Assembly: GCF_000981445.1 (NCBI RefSeq)
Contig: NC_027218.1
Coordinates: 1,736,001 to 1,800,000 of the forward strand
Direction of reading: 5' to 3'
DNA length: 64,000 nucleotides
From: Babesia bigemina
Taxonomy: Eukaryota
Part shown: piece after piece, positions 59,733 to 64,000 of the stretch
Position numbering within the stretch: position 1 is the stretch's first letter
Layout of the letters: every line of letters starts with the position of its first letter
Program-made: the position numbers and the translations under genes
The notes under the pieces: model-generated
Told to the model about the DNA's origin: nothing
The model's input: the letters and a program-made list of their open reading frames with translations, nothing else
Databases searched by the model: none

Positions 59733-60153
59733 CTAATACCACACGCGCGATTTTGCGTTTTGCAAGCCGTCGGAGAGCCCTATCGTGATATACACTGCTT
59801 GCCGGCTGCTTTAGTGTTGATGTGCCTCGCGTTTACTCGCAGATGCGGGGTTAGGCTGCTGTTGTCCGTAGTGTCTACAGGCACTTAACGGGCGCTTTTT
59901 TGTACGTGTTGACGTACGTGATGGGTTCGTCGGCGAAAAGAGGCCGTTAGGCTCCTCTTCCGGTCGCACCCTTCCCCACACCTTAGACACGTCGCCTCCG
60001 TCGCAAGCTCGGGCAGCCTACGGGCAAGCAGTCGGATTCCACCCAGATAGTGGGTCACGATGCCGTTCCAAAGGTGGCTTTGGACTCTGCAGTAGACGAA
60101 ACAGCCCGGCGCCTGTCTTACACATCTCCGCGGCGGCCCGTGCCGGAGCGCCA

Positions 60154-61461
60154 ATGGCCGACTCCGAGGCGAAGGACGCTGTTGTGTGGCCGCAGAAGAG
60201 CACACACTTCAGCCGTTGGCTGCTGCCGTCGGCGTCGAGCCTGCAGGAGCAGCAGCAGCGGGCGTTTACGGCCGCTCTGGCGAGGGTAAAAGGTTAGTAC
60301 TGATGTGCAATGCAAGCTTATCCGTGAGCTTCCTGTTGAGCCAAGCAAATTGTGATCGTAGGTCGCGAGGAGCACAAGGAGGCGGAGTTGCCAACGCTGG
60401 AAGATGAGCTTTGGTTGGTGCGTTTCTACGCGTTCCAGCTGTCGCGGTTCATGGCCGCCAACCACCTGAAGGACTCGGTTAAGGTAGGCGGCAGCTGCAG
60501 TTTGCACAAGTGGCGCAGGAGACGGCACTGACGTTTTTCAACCGTTTCTACCTGCGGCGGTCGATGCTGGAATACGACCCTCGGCTGATCATGTAGGTCG
60601 GAGGTGGCCGAGTGCGCATGTGCGCGATTTCAGGTTCACCTGTATAACGCTGGCGATCAAGCTCGAGGACATGTGGCGCAACTACTACGTGGACAAGCTG
60701 CTGGGGTCAGTCGAGGGGCTGGACATCGCTGGTGCGTTTCAGAGGCGCCGCCCCAAAGTGTTGGCAGGTGTGTTCGCACTGGAGGCGACGGTTTGCGACG
60801 CGCTGGAGTTCAACTTTCTGGTGTTGCACACGTCGGACTCTATGCACACAATTCGCATGCGATGCATGGAGGTTGGTGGTTTGGTGCGACCGGAGCCACC
60901 GTCCGCAGTACCTCAAAGAGAGCCTGGGCATCGACGACGAGATTCTGGGCGAGCACCTGGGGATGATACTCTCAGTCTGCAGTGACGCAGAGAAGGATGC
61001 GCTGTACATGCACGAGGACCCGGAGTGGGTTTCAGCTTCCGCGTTTTCACGGCCGCCAGGTTCATCTTCCTCCACACCCCGACCCAGCTGGCGGTCGCGA
61101 ATTTCGCGCGGCACTGCAAGAAGCGCATGGGTTCGCTCCTCTCAGTTAGCAAGTGGGTCCCACGCTGCACACATGGACGCGGTGTCAGGTTCTTGGCCAA
61201 GAAGATGCTCCACGGCGACGAGTCACGCCTGGCCGTGCTGACCGAGACGCTCCAGAGCATAAACGTAGGTGTCTGGCGGGCGTTACCGACATTTGCAGGA
61301 TCGCTTCGCACGCCACATGGAGCTGCGGGCGTCCATGGACGCGGAGGAGCAGAAGGCCGGTAAGTGAACGTGTGCAGCTGCCCTGTGCAGCGGTTTTCGC
61401 TCTGCCATGATCCACAGGGAACATACTGGACCAGTATCTGCCGCTTTACAGCACCATATAA
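60154..61461 (+). CDS. Cyclin H-like, multi-exon
   Basis: STHFSRW, LPTLEDELWLVRFY, ETALTFFNRFYLRRSMLEYDPRLIM|FTCITLAIKLED, ALEFNFLV and FLHTPTQLA motifs. The 3' end is uncertain. Confidence 0.88.
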
Positions 61462-61517
61462 TTATGTCGAATCGCATTAGTAACTTTAGTGCATATAACA
61501 TGGTTTGGTGATTAGTC

Positions 61518-63809
61518 ATGGCCTCCAACAGCGAACGTGCCGAGGCGCGGCAGCGGGACTGCTCGCTGAGCGTCGCGGACGGCCACAGCTACACACTGGA
61601 GCCGGTGCTGCAACACCGCAGCGCGCCCATAGATTGGATTCAGCTGCAGCGGTTCGTCACTTGGTAGGCTTTTCCTGCGCTGTGTCATCCCTCCCAGGCT
61701 CATGTCCGTGAACGCGAAAACGAAGTGCCCGCTCAACCTGCGCAATGGCCGCGTGCACTCCCATAGCAACGTGTTCATAGCAGTGCCGTATCTGGACTCG
61801 GATTACCTGATGAACGACCTCGACGCCCTGAAGGTGGTGCAGCGCTCCACGGAAAGCGGTACCCTATACCGAATGTTGGTCCACGAAGCTTTGCACTCAT
61901 GGTCAGCAGCAAATCGCCGGCATGCCACATTTCGGAGGGTGAATGTGACATAATGAAGGTTAGCTGGGTTATTGTGGCGGCCAAATGTTGCAGAAGTTTT
62001 TGTTCATGGAGGTGAAGAAGCAGATACGGCCCGACGAATCGCATCGCATAGCGCAGTTTTGCCTCACTCCAGAAATGTACCACAACGCTTACAACCCAGG
62101 GCACGCTGAAAATGAGCAATTCGAAGATTTGGACTGCCATCCGGCAGAATTTGTTAACAAAATGGAAGCCGACATATCGGAGGACCAACTGTTGTCGGTG
62201 CTGGAGTCCAACGTGTTGACACCGCGCCGACTTTGCAGAAACCAGGATCAGCTAGTGGCGGCCGTAAATAGGTACCGAGCCACGCCGTTCACTGCCGAAT
62301 TGGCTCCGGAATCGGCCTCGTCAAGCGGAGAAACATCGGTCGACGACGATTCCGTGGGCACCCCAGAGTTCAAATTTAGCGACGAACTGCTGCGTCGTTA
62401 CGCATCTATCGCGTATCAACTGCGCAATGATGGTTTGTTCCCAAAAACGTTTGCCTTGGACTGCGAGATGGTGTCCACGACGAAGGGGACAGAGCTGGCT
62501 CGCATCACCGTGATCGATAGCCTGCTCCGTGTCGTCTTCGACGCACTGGTGCAGCCTTCCTGCACCGTGACGAACTATCGCACCCAGTACTCGGGTATAA
62601 CGGAGCAAGGTTTAGCAGGGGTGACCATCACGCTGTCCGACGTCCAGGCCGCCCTCTACCGCATGGTGGACTGCGAGACCGTACTGGTCGGCCACTCTCT
62701 GCATCACGACCTGAGGTTGGCGATCGTATACAGTAAATGTATATAGTGCAGCGCGTGCGAAGTCGGCCATGGGCGCGTGATAGACACTGCGCTGATGTAC
62801 GCCATCCAGAACCGCAGAAACAAGCCTTCCCTGAAAGCACTGGTGGGTTGCGGGTTTTGATTAAGGAATGCTTTGCAGGCTGAGACTCATCTGAAATTGG
62901 ACCTATTACGCGATGCCGGTCACGACTCCTACGTCGACGCGGCCACCTCTATGTACCTGGCGATGGCGGGGGTCCTAGACCTGGAGCCCCCTTCCACCAG
63001 GAACATCGGCATTCTTGGCCAAGAGGCGTTCTCCCTTTTATCGCGCCCGGAGGAACAATTCCCTTCGCCGGTGGTGCATCTCATTGATCCCATGGCGGAT
63101 CATTACAAACACGTGAGTCTGGCACAAGTGCCGTGTAAGCTGGTCGCAGCAGTTGGACAGTGGAATTACATTGGAGCAAACCTCCGATGATGGCTCGTCC
63201 GTCGACCGCCTGGTGGAGTTGCTACGTAGCAATAGGGGCGTGGACTCTGCGTGTTACTACTTCTTGGTTTTGCGGGATTTCCAGAAGATGTGCCTACGCA
63301 AAATGTTCGAGTCGCCCAGTAAGTCCATCGTGTAAACAAAAACCGCAACGGACTCAGAGAACGAGGAGGCTGCATCTTTGACCAAACGAGCCAACCCTAA
63401 ATCGGTATGCGAGTACATGACCCGCCTCTCCGCGCTGACTGATCGCGTCGTTGCATGTCTGGATCGCGATGACGTCATGATGATGTCAAACCTGAGCGGT
63501 GACACGGCGAAGGTGGACGTCCTCTCTCAATCGCTGCATGCCAAAACACCTGGGCGTATGTCAAAGTTGTCGCGTTTCTTGTGGCGGCTTTATGCGTTGG
63601 GGAACGGAGAACCAGCTCCAAATCACGCCAACATGGGGGAGATGGCAGATGCGCCTGAACCTGTCGAGAAGTTCTCCAGGCGCACCCAAATAGTCACCGT
63701 GGCGACTCTGAAACGCGAGCATGAGATGGCAATACGTGACCGACACCTCAACTGGGCGATATTTCTGACAAAGAAGAGCTCGAATAAGCGCAAGCCTACA
63801 TCCCAATGA
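61518..63809 (+). CDS. DEDDh RNA exonuclease (REXO1/REX1-like), multi-exon
   Basis: FALDCEMV..ELARITVID, NYRTQYSGIT, LVGHSLHHDL, KPSLKAL and GHDSYVDA motifs. Confidence 0.88.
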
Positions 63810-64000
63810 TCGCAACTCGGATGCAGTTTAATTGTGATAAGCGATAAGCGAAATAATTATCGGATTTCAGTGTAGCTGTGTTCTGTGATTTGCAAAGTGT
63901 TTGGTTGCTTTCTATTTCTCCATTTTTAGGTGACGAACGGACGGGGCCTCAAGTCGTGTCAACTATGAACCGATGTCTAATAGACAAAAGACTACACACC

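Noticed and set aside
1..64000. CRISPR arrays, tRNA/rRNA genes, transposons and telomeric repeats
   Set aside because: None recognised by eye. A tRNAscan or Rfam scan was not possible.

Overview
Eukaryotic genomic DNA from a piroplasmid apicomplexan, most likely Babesia sensu stricto of the B. bigemina/B. ovata type. The evidence is a ves-like gene, a 6-Cys gene, an ApiAP2 factor, a RAP-domain gene and many 35-45 nt GT-AG introns. Two gene-dense, GC-rich core blocks (about 1-13.6 kb and 28-64 kb) carry mL46, an SDR, RRP43, ApiAP2, QCR9, RAP and HPR-like proteins, IscA, PA200, a cullin, a mitochondrial carrier, LeuRS, RUS1, CDKAL1, an S1+WWE protein, CAF1, DUF2009, cyclin H and a REXO-type exonuclease. 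Between them lies an AT-richer accessory island (about 13.6-27.7 kb) with an intact ves-like gene, an orphan ves 3' remnant, two decayed Cys-rich membrane-protein genes and a 6-Cys gene. The most novel-looking signal is a cluster at 53.1-54.9 kb of three tiny two-exon genes. Each encodes a signal peptide plus a CX3C...CX3C helical hairpin, and each has a phase-0 intron immediately before the last CX3C. All gene models and family calls come from manual translation and motif recognition; no database searches were run.
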